DNA of 64,000 bases, taken from the sequence record LC819006.1, one strand, 5' to 3'. The notes beneath the pieces are model-generated. The model made no database searches. It had not been told where the DNA came from and saw only the letters and a list, made by a program, of their open reading frames with translations. A program made the translations under genes and the position numbers. Of this stretch, positions 30,609-38,392 are shown piece after piece; within the stretch, counting starts at the first letter, position 1, and each line of letters starts with the position of its first letter.

Positions 30609-31899
30609 ACGTGACTTTTTCATGCTCTGCATGAAAGAACACAAGTATCGGGATAAGCGCTGGGTGCTACGTGCTTTCGCTTTGGTGCGGGAGAACAAGA
30701 CACCCGAGACGTCTAAACCTCTCGACATCATTCAAACGCCTGCCGGACACTTCTACAAGCATCCGGAAACCGGCGAACTCGAACAGATTCGTGGTGCGGT
30801 CAAACCTGGAAAGCCGATGTATGGCGTCAAGGAAAAGCTCACCGTGAAGAAAGGAGAGTTGCCGGGTATTCTCAAAGATGAGGAAACTGACTACGGTCGT
30901 ATTCTCTACTTCTGCATCGTCTTCCTCCATTCGTTTGACGGGCATGTGCCCTTTAAAAACCAGCAAATGGACATGGGGAAATTCGAAGATGAACTCGCAG
31001 CGAAACTCCAGGATGATGTTGAACCTGGACAAGAGGAGAACCCGGCTCTATTCTATCCTCGTCAGCTCGTACGTTATTACGAAGCCATGGCGTACACCCG
31101 CGGCCTGGCAATGCTGTGCGTACCCGCTGCTTCTCCGGCCTCAATGACCATCGATCCTAAGGTCTTGAAGCGTCGTGACGAACTGTTCAACGATCCGAAC
31201 ATTGACCTGAACAATCAGGCAGTGGCGGCTTCGGTGGAAAAGGAACTGGTGGACATGGACCGCGATTCGTTCAAGGACGATTCGGCCTCCGGCTTCCTTA
31301 TCAACAAAAAAGACTTCGCGGTTATCCGCAAGAAGCGTTTCATTTCATTCGGCTCGGGGGCTGGCCTCACGCCTGACTCCAAGACTGCGTACGTTAAACG
31401 TAGCTTGAACGAAGGTGTGGATGTAAAACAGTTCAAGGACTACAACGATGAAATGCGTACTGGCTCGTATAAACGCGGCGTTGAAACGATGTTCGGTGGC
31501 GAACTGGACAAGTGGCTCGTTCGTGAGTCTTCGAACATCAGGGTTCTTCCGGATGACTGCGGTAGCACTGTCGGTATTCCGACCCTCATCAACGAACTCA
31601 ATCAAAACCAGTGGATCGGCTTTAACATCGTCGAAGGACGAGGCGTCAATAAGCTGAGTTCCGACAACATCGGCACTTATATGGGCAAGGTCGTTCTGCG
31701 ACGGTCTCCGGCTGCATGCTGGGCACCGAAGCCTGACTATTGCACGGTGTGCCTGGGCGAAAAGCTCTCGATGAACCCGGACGCAATTTCCATCGCGTTC
31801 TCGCAATACGGCCACGACTTCATGGGCGAATCCATGTCCGCAATGCACGGCAAATCCTTGTCGATTGCTCGGATGGATCTCGTGGCAGAAGCTTCTTAA
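30601..31899 (+). CDS. virion RNA polymerase beta'-like subunit, C-terminal part (phiKZ gp80-like)
   Basis: DDCGS and LRRSPAACW...YCTVCLG zinc site of RpoC C-terminal regions; FMGESMSAMHG. Confidence 0.8.
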   Translation: MDKRDFFMLCMKEHKYRDKRWVLRAFALVRENKTPETSKPLDIIQTPAGHFYKHPETGELEQIRGAVKPGKPMYGVKEKLTVKKGELPGILKDEETDYGRILYFCIVFLHSFDGHVPFKNQQMDMGKFEDELAAKLQDDVEPGQEENPALFYPRQLVRYYEAMAYTRGLAMLCVPAASPASMTIDPKVLKRRDELFNDPNIDLNNQAVAASVEKELVDMDRDSFKDDSASGFLINKKDFAVIRKKRFISFGSGAGLTPDSKTAYVKRSLNEGVDVKQFKDYNDEMRTGSYKRGVETMFGGELDKWLVRESSNIRVLPDDCGSTVGIPTLINELNQNQWIGFNIVEGRGVNKLSSDNIGTYMGKVVLRRSPAACWAPKPDYCTVCLGEKLSMNPDAISIAFSQYGHDFMGESMSAMHGKSLSIARMDLVAEAS

Positions 31900-31925
31900 C
31901 ACTTTTCTTTCTGGAGAACATTCTC

Positions 31926-32825
31926 ATGGCAACGGAACAACAAGGCGGTACGCAAGACAACACTGGCGTCGATCAGGAAGCTCTGAAGGCAGCAGCTGCC
32001 GATCAAGCCGCTCAACAACAAGAGCAGCAAGACGCCGCTGCTGATGCAGCAAAGGACGCGCCTCCGGCAGACGACGCTGCTGCAAAGCAAGCTGCTGCTG
32101 ACGCTCAGGCTGCTGCTGACGCTCAGGCTGCCGCTGATGCTCAAGCTGCACAAGCCACTGCAGATGCAGCTGCCGCCGCCAAGGCTCAGCCCGTGACCGC
32201 ACAAGTCCGCAAGACGATCCCCGCTCCGGCTGCTCAGCAAACGGGCGCGAAGGATGCTTCGACGACCACGGCAACGACGCCTGCTGCCGCTGTCGTCACG
32301 AAGCAAGTCGCTGCTGCAACGGTCACCGACACGACTACCAAGGCTCCGGCCAGCGATCGTGATCTGCCCGAAGTCATCGCTGCGATGAAGGTCGCGAAAG
32401 CGCAGACGCAATCGGCTCTGTACCAAGTCATCCAGTACGCAATCGACATGCATCCGGGCAAGCGCGTGGAACTGCCGGCGATCGAACAGGCTCAGATCAA
32501 CCTGCGCTCGAACCTGTTCACGATCCTGTCGGCTGAAGACGTGAACTTCAAGGTCGTGTACCAGGCACTGCTCGCAATCGTCAAGGCACATCGTCAGAAC
32601 TGCTTCGCGATCACGGCACGCAACCGCGGCCTGAACACGGTCAGTCTGGCAGCACTCGACAACAAGGGCATGCGTTTCCTGACGAAGATCGTCGATCTGC
32701 TGGTGCTGACTGCCGGCATGAACGACGTCGAAAACGTCAAGAAGCAGTTCGACTTCTCGAAGCTGGCTGAATGGTGCCCGAACGTGCGCATTCAGCAAAA
32801 CCTGACGTCGTATTACTCGGCGTAA
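31926..32825 (+). CDS. probable virion protein with an Ala/Gln/Asp-rich N-terminal linker
   Basis: GGAG RBS before MATEQ; low-complexity N-terminal half, globular C-terminal half. Confidence 0.65.
   Translation: MATEQQGGTQDNTGVDQEALKAAAADQAAQQQEQQDAAADAAKDAPPADDAAAKQAAADAQAAADAQAAADAQAAQATADAAAAAKAQPVTAQVRKTIPAPAAQQTGAKDASTTTATTPAAAVVTKQVAAATVTDTTTKAPASDRDLPEVIAAMKVAKAQTQSALYQVIQYAIDMHPGKRVELPAIEQAQINLRSNLFTILSAEDVNFKVVYQALLAIVKAHRQNCFAITARNRGLNTVSLAALDNKGMRFLTKIVDLLVLTAGMNDVENVKKQFDFSKLAEWCPNVRIQQNLTSYYSA
32091..32144 (+). repeat. three tandem 18-bp coding repeats (AAADAQ x3)
   Basis: GCTGCTGCTGACGCTCAG twice exactly, then a third copy with synonymous changes. Confidence 0.85.
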
Positions 32826-32848
32826 TTCGCAGCAATGCGGACATAGCT

Positions 32849-32878
32849 CCTACTCCTACCCGCAAGGGTAGGAGTAGG
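32849..32878. terminator. 13-bp hairpin at a convergent junction, identical to 23001-23030
   Basis: CCTACTCCTACCC-GCAA-GGGTAGGAGTAGG. Confidence 0.7.
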
Positions 32879-32890
32879 GCTTTATGCCGT

Positions 32891-33751
32891 TTAGGCGTAA
32901 TTCATCTTGCGCGCTTTACGATTCTGCTTCTTGATGCGGGCAGAACGCTGGCGACGATTCTTCTGATGCTCCTGGTTATCCAGGCGTGCTTGTGTTGCGT
33001 AGTTCTCACGCTCCACATGCTTCACAGCACCAGCGAAGTATTGGTCGATGCCACGCTCGAAGAACTCATGGCGAACGCTATCCCAGCTAGTCAGGTCTTC
33101 GTCTTCCCGACACATGTCGAACGGAACAGCGCAGGACATGACGACGCTTTGCGAGATGGGACGACCAAAGAATTCCAGGATAGCAATGGCCATACATTCG
33201 CAACGATCAGCATAGTGCAGATGCTGTCGATGACGATACAGAACGCCATTCAGATTCTTGATGCGGAAGTGATGTTCCACGAACTGCATCAGATCCATGC
33301 CGATGGCCTGCAAGCCTTTGCGACCAGAGTGCTCGATGATTGCCTGCATACCGTGCATCATGATGACTGCGTAGTAGTTGGGCATGTACTGGCCGATGTA
33401 GTGCGGCTTCGTGCAAGCGCCTTCGTAAGCGATCATTTCATCTTCGATCTGATCGAGTACACCCTTGGTAAAGCGAACCAGAGAGAAGTTGTGGATCTTG
33501 CTTTGTTCGACGAACTTCTTCAGGTTGTCCTTGAACGCATCGTACTTCAACTGCTGTGCGCTACGTTCTCGGCTACTCGCTAGAGCAGCTGCGTGAAGCA
33601 AGCGTTTGAGTTCACGCTTGTCTTTACGCGACATTTTCTTTTCTTTCTTTGATCTCTTCTCGGCGATCACCCACTTGAACGCGATGACAACGATCAAGAT
33701 AAGCAGACCCACCAACCCCACAGCGACGGCATTCGGATTATACATTTTCAA
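32891..33751 (-). CDS. membrane-anchored hypothetical protein
   Basis: N-terminal hydrophobic helix AVAVGLVGLLILIVVIAF followed by a strongly basic segment. Confidence 0.7.
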   Translation of the reverse strand: MKMYNPNAVAVGLVGLLILIVVIAFKWVIAEKRSKKEKKMSRKDKRELKRLLHAAALASSRERSAQQLKYDAFKDNLKKFVEQSKIHNFSLVRFTKGVLDQIEDEMIAYEGACTKPHYIGQYMPNYYAVIMMHGMQAIIEHSGRKGLQAIGMDLMQFVEHHFRIKNLNGVLYRHRQHLHYADRCECMAIAILEFFGRPISQSVVMSCAVPFDMCREDEDLTSWDSVRHEFFERGIDQYFAGAVKHVERENYATQARLDNQEHQKNRRQRSARIKKQNRKARKMNYA

Positions 33752-33768
33752 ACTCTTCTTGGTTTATG

Positions 33769-34173
33769 TCATTCAGGAATGTAGGAAAGAACTACGTACG
33801 AAATACCAGGTTCGAGACCGATCTTGTCACCCAGAATCGGAATCAAGCTAATGCCGGCCAAAGTCGACAGATAAAGCGCAGTCAGCCCAGCCTTGTCGTC
33901 TTCGAAAGTGCATTCACAAGTGAAAGCGCCATCGTCTTCGACAATTTTGCCAGCCACGATACACTGGCTAAAATCCGTTTTGGAGGGATTCTTCTCCCGG
34001 ATGTACTGCTGGAGGGCATAGGCCAAGCGAGCCGATCTAGGACCCTCGTTGAAGGCCGCAAAGTGCTTCCTCCACTCATCTACGGTGGTCTCGTACTCCG
34101 GCGGCAGAAAAATGTCCACGACCTGGGAAGTACGAGACCGGATAGTCTTTTGAACTAACCGGTCAAGACTCAT
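33769..34173 (-). CDS. hypothetical protein, 134 aa
   Basis: GAGGAG RBS; starts 1 bp after the ACP-like stop codon. Confidence 0.7.
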   Translation of the reverse strand: MSLDRLVQKTIRSRTSQVVDIFLPPEYETTVDEWRKHFAAFNEGPRSARLAYALQQYIREKNPSKTDFSQCIVAGKIVEDDGAFTCECTFEDDKAGLTALYLSTLAGISLIPILGDKIGLEPGISYVVLSYIPE

Positions 34174-34174
34174 A

Positions 34175-34450
34175 TTACTCCTCGTTCAGATGCTTAATTA
34201 CCTTGTCAAAGACGTCCTGCCAGGTAGCGAACGGGCCATCGAGAAATCCGATCTCCAGTTCATCTTCCAGTTCAGACATGATGTCCATGTGATCCAGCGA
34301 ATCCAGATCCCCGCTCTGGAAAGGCAACGCCAGGAACTCACGGAACTCCGTACTGTTCTCGACCGCGGTCTTGCGAACCGTTTTCGTGTCGTACGACGAT
34401 ACAACTTGGACGAGCACTCGACGTGCCTTCTGTGCTTTGGCCTCAGCCAT
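34175..34450 (-). CDS. acyl carrier protein-like protein
   Basis: GDLDSLDHMDIMSELEDELEI and ATWQDVFD align by eye with ACP helices II and IV (DSL phosphopantetheine motif, Ser51); 91 aa, acidic C-terminal half. Confidence 0.7.
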   Translation of the reverse strand: MAEAKAQKARRVLVQVVSSYDTKTVRKTAVENSTEFREFLALPFQSGDLDSLDHMDIMSELEDELEIGFLDGPFATWQDVFDKVIKHLNEE

Positions 34451-34547
34451 TTTAAAAACCCCTGCTTGTTATTACTGTTACTGGTTTCGGTCGAAAACCA
34501 AATAATCAGTCTCGCTTCATAAAGCCTCAAAAAAATAAGTAGACAGC

Positions 34548-34586
34548 AAAAAGGGCGGGACAGAGTGGCCGAAGCCACTCCATCCC
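34548..34586 (-). terminator. intrinsic terminator with a cUUCGg loop and U-tract
   Basis: Minus strand reads GGGAUGGAGUGGC-UUCG-GCCACUCUGUCCC GCCC UUUUU. Confidence 0.8.
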
Positions 34587-34589
34587 ATG

Positions 34590-35075
34590 CCTAAGATGAA
34601 ACTGAACTTACATCCCTAGGTCGTCGCATCACCACAAGGAAATGACGAGTGACGACTAAGGGCTATAAGCTTTGCAGCGTTTCCCAACGGATGCGCTACC
34701 TATAACTGGTCCCGAAAAGACCCCTTACAATCGATGCGGGCTTAATACACACGAAGGCCAAACGACGTCCCCGCAAGCGCGAACGCGCGCGCCAGCGATT
34801 TACGTCAGGCATCACTAAGTCCTTAAAGGGAAACTCATATCGGCGGCACTAAGAGGCGGCCATGAGTCGTGATCTTCGCGCAGCTTAGAGCAGTAGTATC
34901 GAGACTCTGCCTTCACCACATACGACGTGTGTATTTCGCGGGCCTTTCACCCGAGTCAGGATATATCGCGCAATCGCACCATCCCGACCTCTGCCTCGAA
35001 CAGATCTTCAGAAGCCATGTTGTTAAAGAACGAGACGGCTAACCAGTCCCTCACGAGATTAGGTTAGCCGCCAGA
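34590..35075 (-). ncRNA. candidate large structured non-coding RNA, family unknown
   Basis: About 480 nt with no ORF-track entry; many stems, GNRA-type loops and G-U pairs on the minus strand; a perfect 10-bp long-range pairing (34744-34753 with 34926-34935); ends at the terminator. Confidence 0.6.
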
Positions 35076-35081
35076 TCACGC

Positions 35082-36398
35082 TTACGGTTGAAGCGTGTCG
35101 GTTTGATCAGCAGCTGCTGCGCCGTCCGCATCAGCCTTCACGTCGGTAGCCGCCGGCGTTTGGACTTCTGCTTGAACAGCAGCATCTGCGACTTCAGCGG
35201 TCGGGGCAACGTCGGCGGGAGCAGCGACTTGTTCAGCCGTTGCGTCCACTGCCGGCGTTTCCGCGGCCGGAACTTCTGCCTGCGCTTGTGCAGCGTCGGT
35301 TTCCACCGGCGCAGCCGTTTGCGCTGCGTCAGCAGCTTGTTCCACCGGAGCAGCATCGACCGGAGCGCCTGCGAGTGCAGCTGCCGTTGCCGGATCTGCA
35401 TTCACTTCAGGCGTTTGGGCCAGAGCTTCGGGCGAGTGATCGACTTCTTGCGAAGCGTCACCAGCCGGAGCGGCTGCTTGTTCCACAGCGGGAGCTTCAG
35501 CTTGAGCAGCATCAGCTGCCGGTGCATCTGCCTGCACTGCGGGGACTTCCGGTGTTGCTTGCTCGCCAGCGGTGGGGTCGACTTCCGGGGCAGCTTCTTG
35601 AGCCACGCCTTCGTCGGCTACGCCAGCCGGTTGAGCTTGTTCAGCAGCAGCGTCTTCCGGCCCAAGCTGCAGCTGGTACGGAACTTCGGCTTGTGCATCT
35701 GCTGCGGGAGCGTCGACTTGCGGAGCTGCGTCAGCCGGGGCTTGAGCTTGCGCTTCGCCTGCGGCCGGGTCCACTTCTGCTGCTGCGGGTGCATCTGCGG
35801 GCTGTTCCACTGCCGGTGCAGCTTGTTCAGCCGTACCTGCATCCGTGCCCGCTGCCGGATCTTGTTCGACGGCCGGAGCATCGCCCGTCGGTTGTGCATC
35901 ACCAGCCGATGCGTCAGCTGCGGGAGCAGCATCTGCGCCAGCGTTGTCTGCCGGTTGGTCAGCTTGTGCAGGAGCGTCGCCGGTCGGCTGGGCTTCTGCG
36001 GTACCTGCGTCGTCAGCAGGCGCTGCGTCTACCGGTGCTGCATCTGCGGGGGCCGCGTCAGCAGGTGCCGGATCTTGAGCTTGATCACCAGCGGCAGGAG
36101 CCGCGTCTTGCGATTGGTCGCCAGCTGCGATCTGGTTGTCCAGGTCAGCTGCTGCTGCGCCAGCGGCTGCGGCGGCTGCCGTACCGTTGTCACCCAGACC
36201 GAGTGCTTCGTTTGCGGTGTCGCCGAGACCTGCGTCGTCAGCGGGTTGAACCACGACCGGGGTCGTTGCGTGCTTTTCGCCGTGCTTGTGGAACAGAGCG
36301 ACGACGTGTGCAACTGCTTCTTCCGGCAGGGCTGCCAAGGCTTCGAGAGCCAGGAGCTCCACCTTGAGTTCTTCGATGGCTTTACGGATGATACCCAC
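35082..36398 (-). CDS. acidic low-complexity protein (Ala/Asp/Pro/Gln/Glu) with a short helical N-terminus
   Basis: GTG start with AAGGA RBS; about 390 aa almost free of basic and aromatic residues; PAADA / PAVEQ-type repeats. Confidence 0.75.
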   Translation of the reverse strand: MGIIRKAIEELKVELLALEALAALPEEAVAHVVALFHKHGEKHATTPVVVQPADDAGLGDTANEALGLGDNGTAAAAAAGAAAADLDNQIAAGDQSQDAAPAAGDQAQDPAPADAAPADAAPVDAAPADDAGTAEAQPTGDAPAQADQPADNAGADAAPAADASAGDAQPTGDAPAVEQDPAAGTDAGTAEQAAPAVEQPADAPAAAEVDPAAGEAQAQAPADAAPQVDAPAADAQAEVPYQLQLGPEDAAAEQAQPAGVADEGVAQEAAPEVDPTAGEQATPEVPAVQADAPAADAAQAEAPAVEQAAAPAGDASQEVDHSPEALAQTPEVNADPATAAALAGAPVDAAPVEQAADAAQTAAPVETDAAQAQAEVPAAETPAVDATAEQVAAPADVAPTAEVADAAVQAEVQTPAATDVKADADGAAAADQTDTLQP

Positions 36399-36483
36399 GA
36401 TTTTTCCTTAAAAAGGGGCGTTTTAAAAGTACTGCTGGACCAGCAAAAACGTTGTTACTGGCTCATACAATTTCGGGCAATTT

Positions 36484-36843
36484 TCACGTAGCCGGATAGG
36501 CCAAAGTGATAGCGATTCCGATCGCGAAAAGCAGCTTGCAAGCAATGTGAAGAGCCTGATCGCCCATCGCGCTAATGTGTTTATTGACGCGCAGCCAATC
36601 TATGGCCCAATGCCAAACCATTTCCACAATCGCTACTTTCAGTGCGACTGAGGGAAGGAACAACCAGGCTACGCTACCTGCAGCTGCACCCTGAATCAGG
36701 GCATGCATTGTCAGGCCATACCACCACGGGAAGCCAGGCACCAACTTGTTCTTGATGTCGGACAGGAATTGTCCTTGACCAGGAAAGTCGAAGAATGCGT
36801 GAACTGCCAGCAGGAGGCCGAAGACTGCAAGGAACGTTGTCAT
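36484..36843 (-). CDS. DUF3307-like small membrane protein
   Basis: HAFFDFPGQ, HALI, HWAIDW, DQALH motifs set in hydrophobic helices. Confidence 0.75.
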   Translation of the reverse strand: MTTFLAVFGLLLAVHAFFDFPGQGQFLSDIKNKLVPGFPWWYGLTMHALIQGAAAGSVAWLFLPSVALKVAIVEMVWHWAIDWLRVNKHISAMGDQALHIACKLLFAIGIAITLAYPAT

Positions 36844-36959
36844 TATGGTTGTCCTTGAATGGGGTGGCCCGAGATCTTTATCGTTGGATTAGAACGCTTT
36901 GTTGAGCCGCACACCGTAGGAGGTTGGAGTATGCGCTCGAACTCGATCTCAAAGCCGAA

Positions 36960-37092
36960 AAAAAAATAGCAGGAAGGCATCTTCCTGCAAAAGGGGGAGT
37001 TACCCCGAACGTACCGACTCCCTTCACCACAAAGGAGTTTGCTGCCGCATGAGCGTGCTGCTAATCGAGTCGGTCGTTCTGGGCAAATCATA
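36960..37092 (-). ncRNA. candidate small structured RNA with its own terminator
   Basis: About 19-bp interrupted stem (37000-37020 with 37067-37086); TATG just 5' of it; GCAGGAAG/CUUCCUGC hairpin plus U-tract just 3'. Confidence 0.45.
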
Positions 37093-37110
37093 GCTAAAGC
37101 ATTTATTTTT

Positions 37111-37620
37111 TTATAGTTCGACGAAGTCCACCTTCGGACCGTATCGTAATCCGCCTGACCATTCGCTGCTATCACGCAGCTTACCATGAATGGTTGAACG
37201 GATAATGCTTTCGCGTTGGGATTTGCTGTAGTAGAGACGCGGGATGTACATGTCGCATTCTACAGCGATATTGTCGACGGACACCAGCACTTTGACGGGC
37301 AGCATGTGATCATGACGGCCCATGTTATCCCGATCGTTCAGCGCTTCAGCAATTTTCAAAAAGGTATTGCGCTGATTCGTGAGATAGTCATAAGCCGGAT
37401 CGAACGGACCGCAGTCTTGTGCCAGTTGTTCGCCTTCATTGACGAGTCTGATGCACTCGTCGTAGGAAATGGGGCCGATGGTTTTTAACCACAACGGAAG
37501 CATCATCTCGGCTCGACGCTTCAGTCTATCACTGCCAGGACCACGATCCTCCATCAGGTCCTTCAAATTGGCTTCGCGTTTCTTCGCGATTTGGTCTTCT
37601 AGTTCTTGACGGGAAAGCAT
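37111..37620 (-). CDS. hypothetical protein, 169 aa
   Basis: Tightly coupled to the upstream ORF. Confidence 0.68.
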   Translation of the reverse strand: MLSRQELEDQIAKKREANLKDLMEDRGPGSDRLKRRAEMMLPLWLKTIGPISYDECIRLVNEGEQLAQDCGPFDPAYDYLTNQRNTFLKIAEALNDRDNMGRHDHMLPVKVLVSVDNIAVECDMYIPRLYYSKSQRESIIRSTIHGKLRDSSEWSGGLRYGPKVDFVEL

Positions 37621-37622
37621 TT

Positions 37623-38312
37623 TCAGCCCTTGTAGAGTTGGAACAGCTCAACAATCAGTTCCCGCTCTTCGATATCGCCCATCTCGTAGTCCGTGTAAAT
37701 CGAAGTCGCATCCATGTAAAGATCATGGATGTTTCGACTCACATGCATACGCTTGCCCTTCATGGTAAGCGCACAGACATCCGGGACTTCTTCACCCTGC
37801 ATCGCCATCAAGAGACGGCCGTTAACAGGATGTTCGTAAATCGAAAGCGGTTCCAGGTGAGTCAGCATATCGATGCCAACCACGATCTGCATGTCGGCAT
37901 GTGAAGCCCGAGCACGCTGTACTGCCATGACACTCATGCCCAGCTGCTTGAACAGCGCGAGCTTGTCGTACTGACGTAGATAGTCGAAGACACCTTTCAT
38001 CAGCACGCCTGCTGCGGGGTTATTCGCAACAAACGCCAGGGCTTCGAAGCTATCCGTCGACGGATGGATAAACAGATGCTGAAGCGGCACGCCGTAGAAG
38101 TGAGACTTCCAGTTGCTCTGGTTATCCTTGACAAACGGATGACCGAACGGGCCGACGTGAATGAATTCCTGAATCAGGAAGTCGACGAGTTGACTGAGCT
38201 CTTCGTCTTGAGGAGCATCTGGAGAACGCATGAACCAGAAGTCGGTGGAGCGGAAATTGATTTCCCCTTCCATGTCATCGTAGCGTTCTTTGTGTTCAGA
38301 ACCTAACAGCAT
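37623..38312 (-). CDS. hypothetical protein, 229 aa
   Basis: GGAGGG RBS. Confidence 0.7.
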   Translation of the reverse strand: MLLGSEHKERYDDMEGEINFRSTDFWFMRSPDAPQDEELSQLVDFLIQEFIHVGPFGHPFVKDNQSNWKSHFYGVPLQHLFIHPSTDSFEALAFVANNPAAGVLMKGVFDYLRQYDKLALFKQLGMSVMAVQRARASHADMQIVVGIDMLTHLEPLSIYEHPVNGRLLMAMQGEEVPDVCALTMKGKRMHVSRNIHDLYMDATSIYTDYEMGDIEERELIVELFQLYKG

Positions 38313-38392
38313 AGGCCCTCCAATTAAATAGCCAACTGATTAGTGCTGGCATTAGAAAAAAAGATCCCGTCGTACTGACCGGGATCGAATCC

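Noticed and set aside
34958-34967. GATATATCCT inside the RNA candidate as an early promoter
   Set aside because: It lacks the conserved A after ATATAT-N and the AT-rich upstream context of the seven accepted copies.
34590-35075. tmRNA, tRNA, RNase P, SRP or self-splicing intron identity for the structured region
   Set aside because: I could not find the tmRNA/tRNA acceptor and T-arm ends, the RNase P GAGGAAAGUCC core, the SRP domain-IV loop or a group II domain V. It also does not interrupt an ORF. A covariance-model search is still needed.
36843-37187. 114-aa ORF in the track
   Set aside because: It overlaps the 169-aa gene, runs through a U-tract terminator and has no RBS; the region is better explained as structured RNA.
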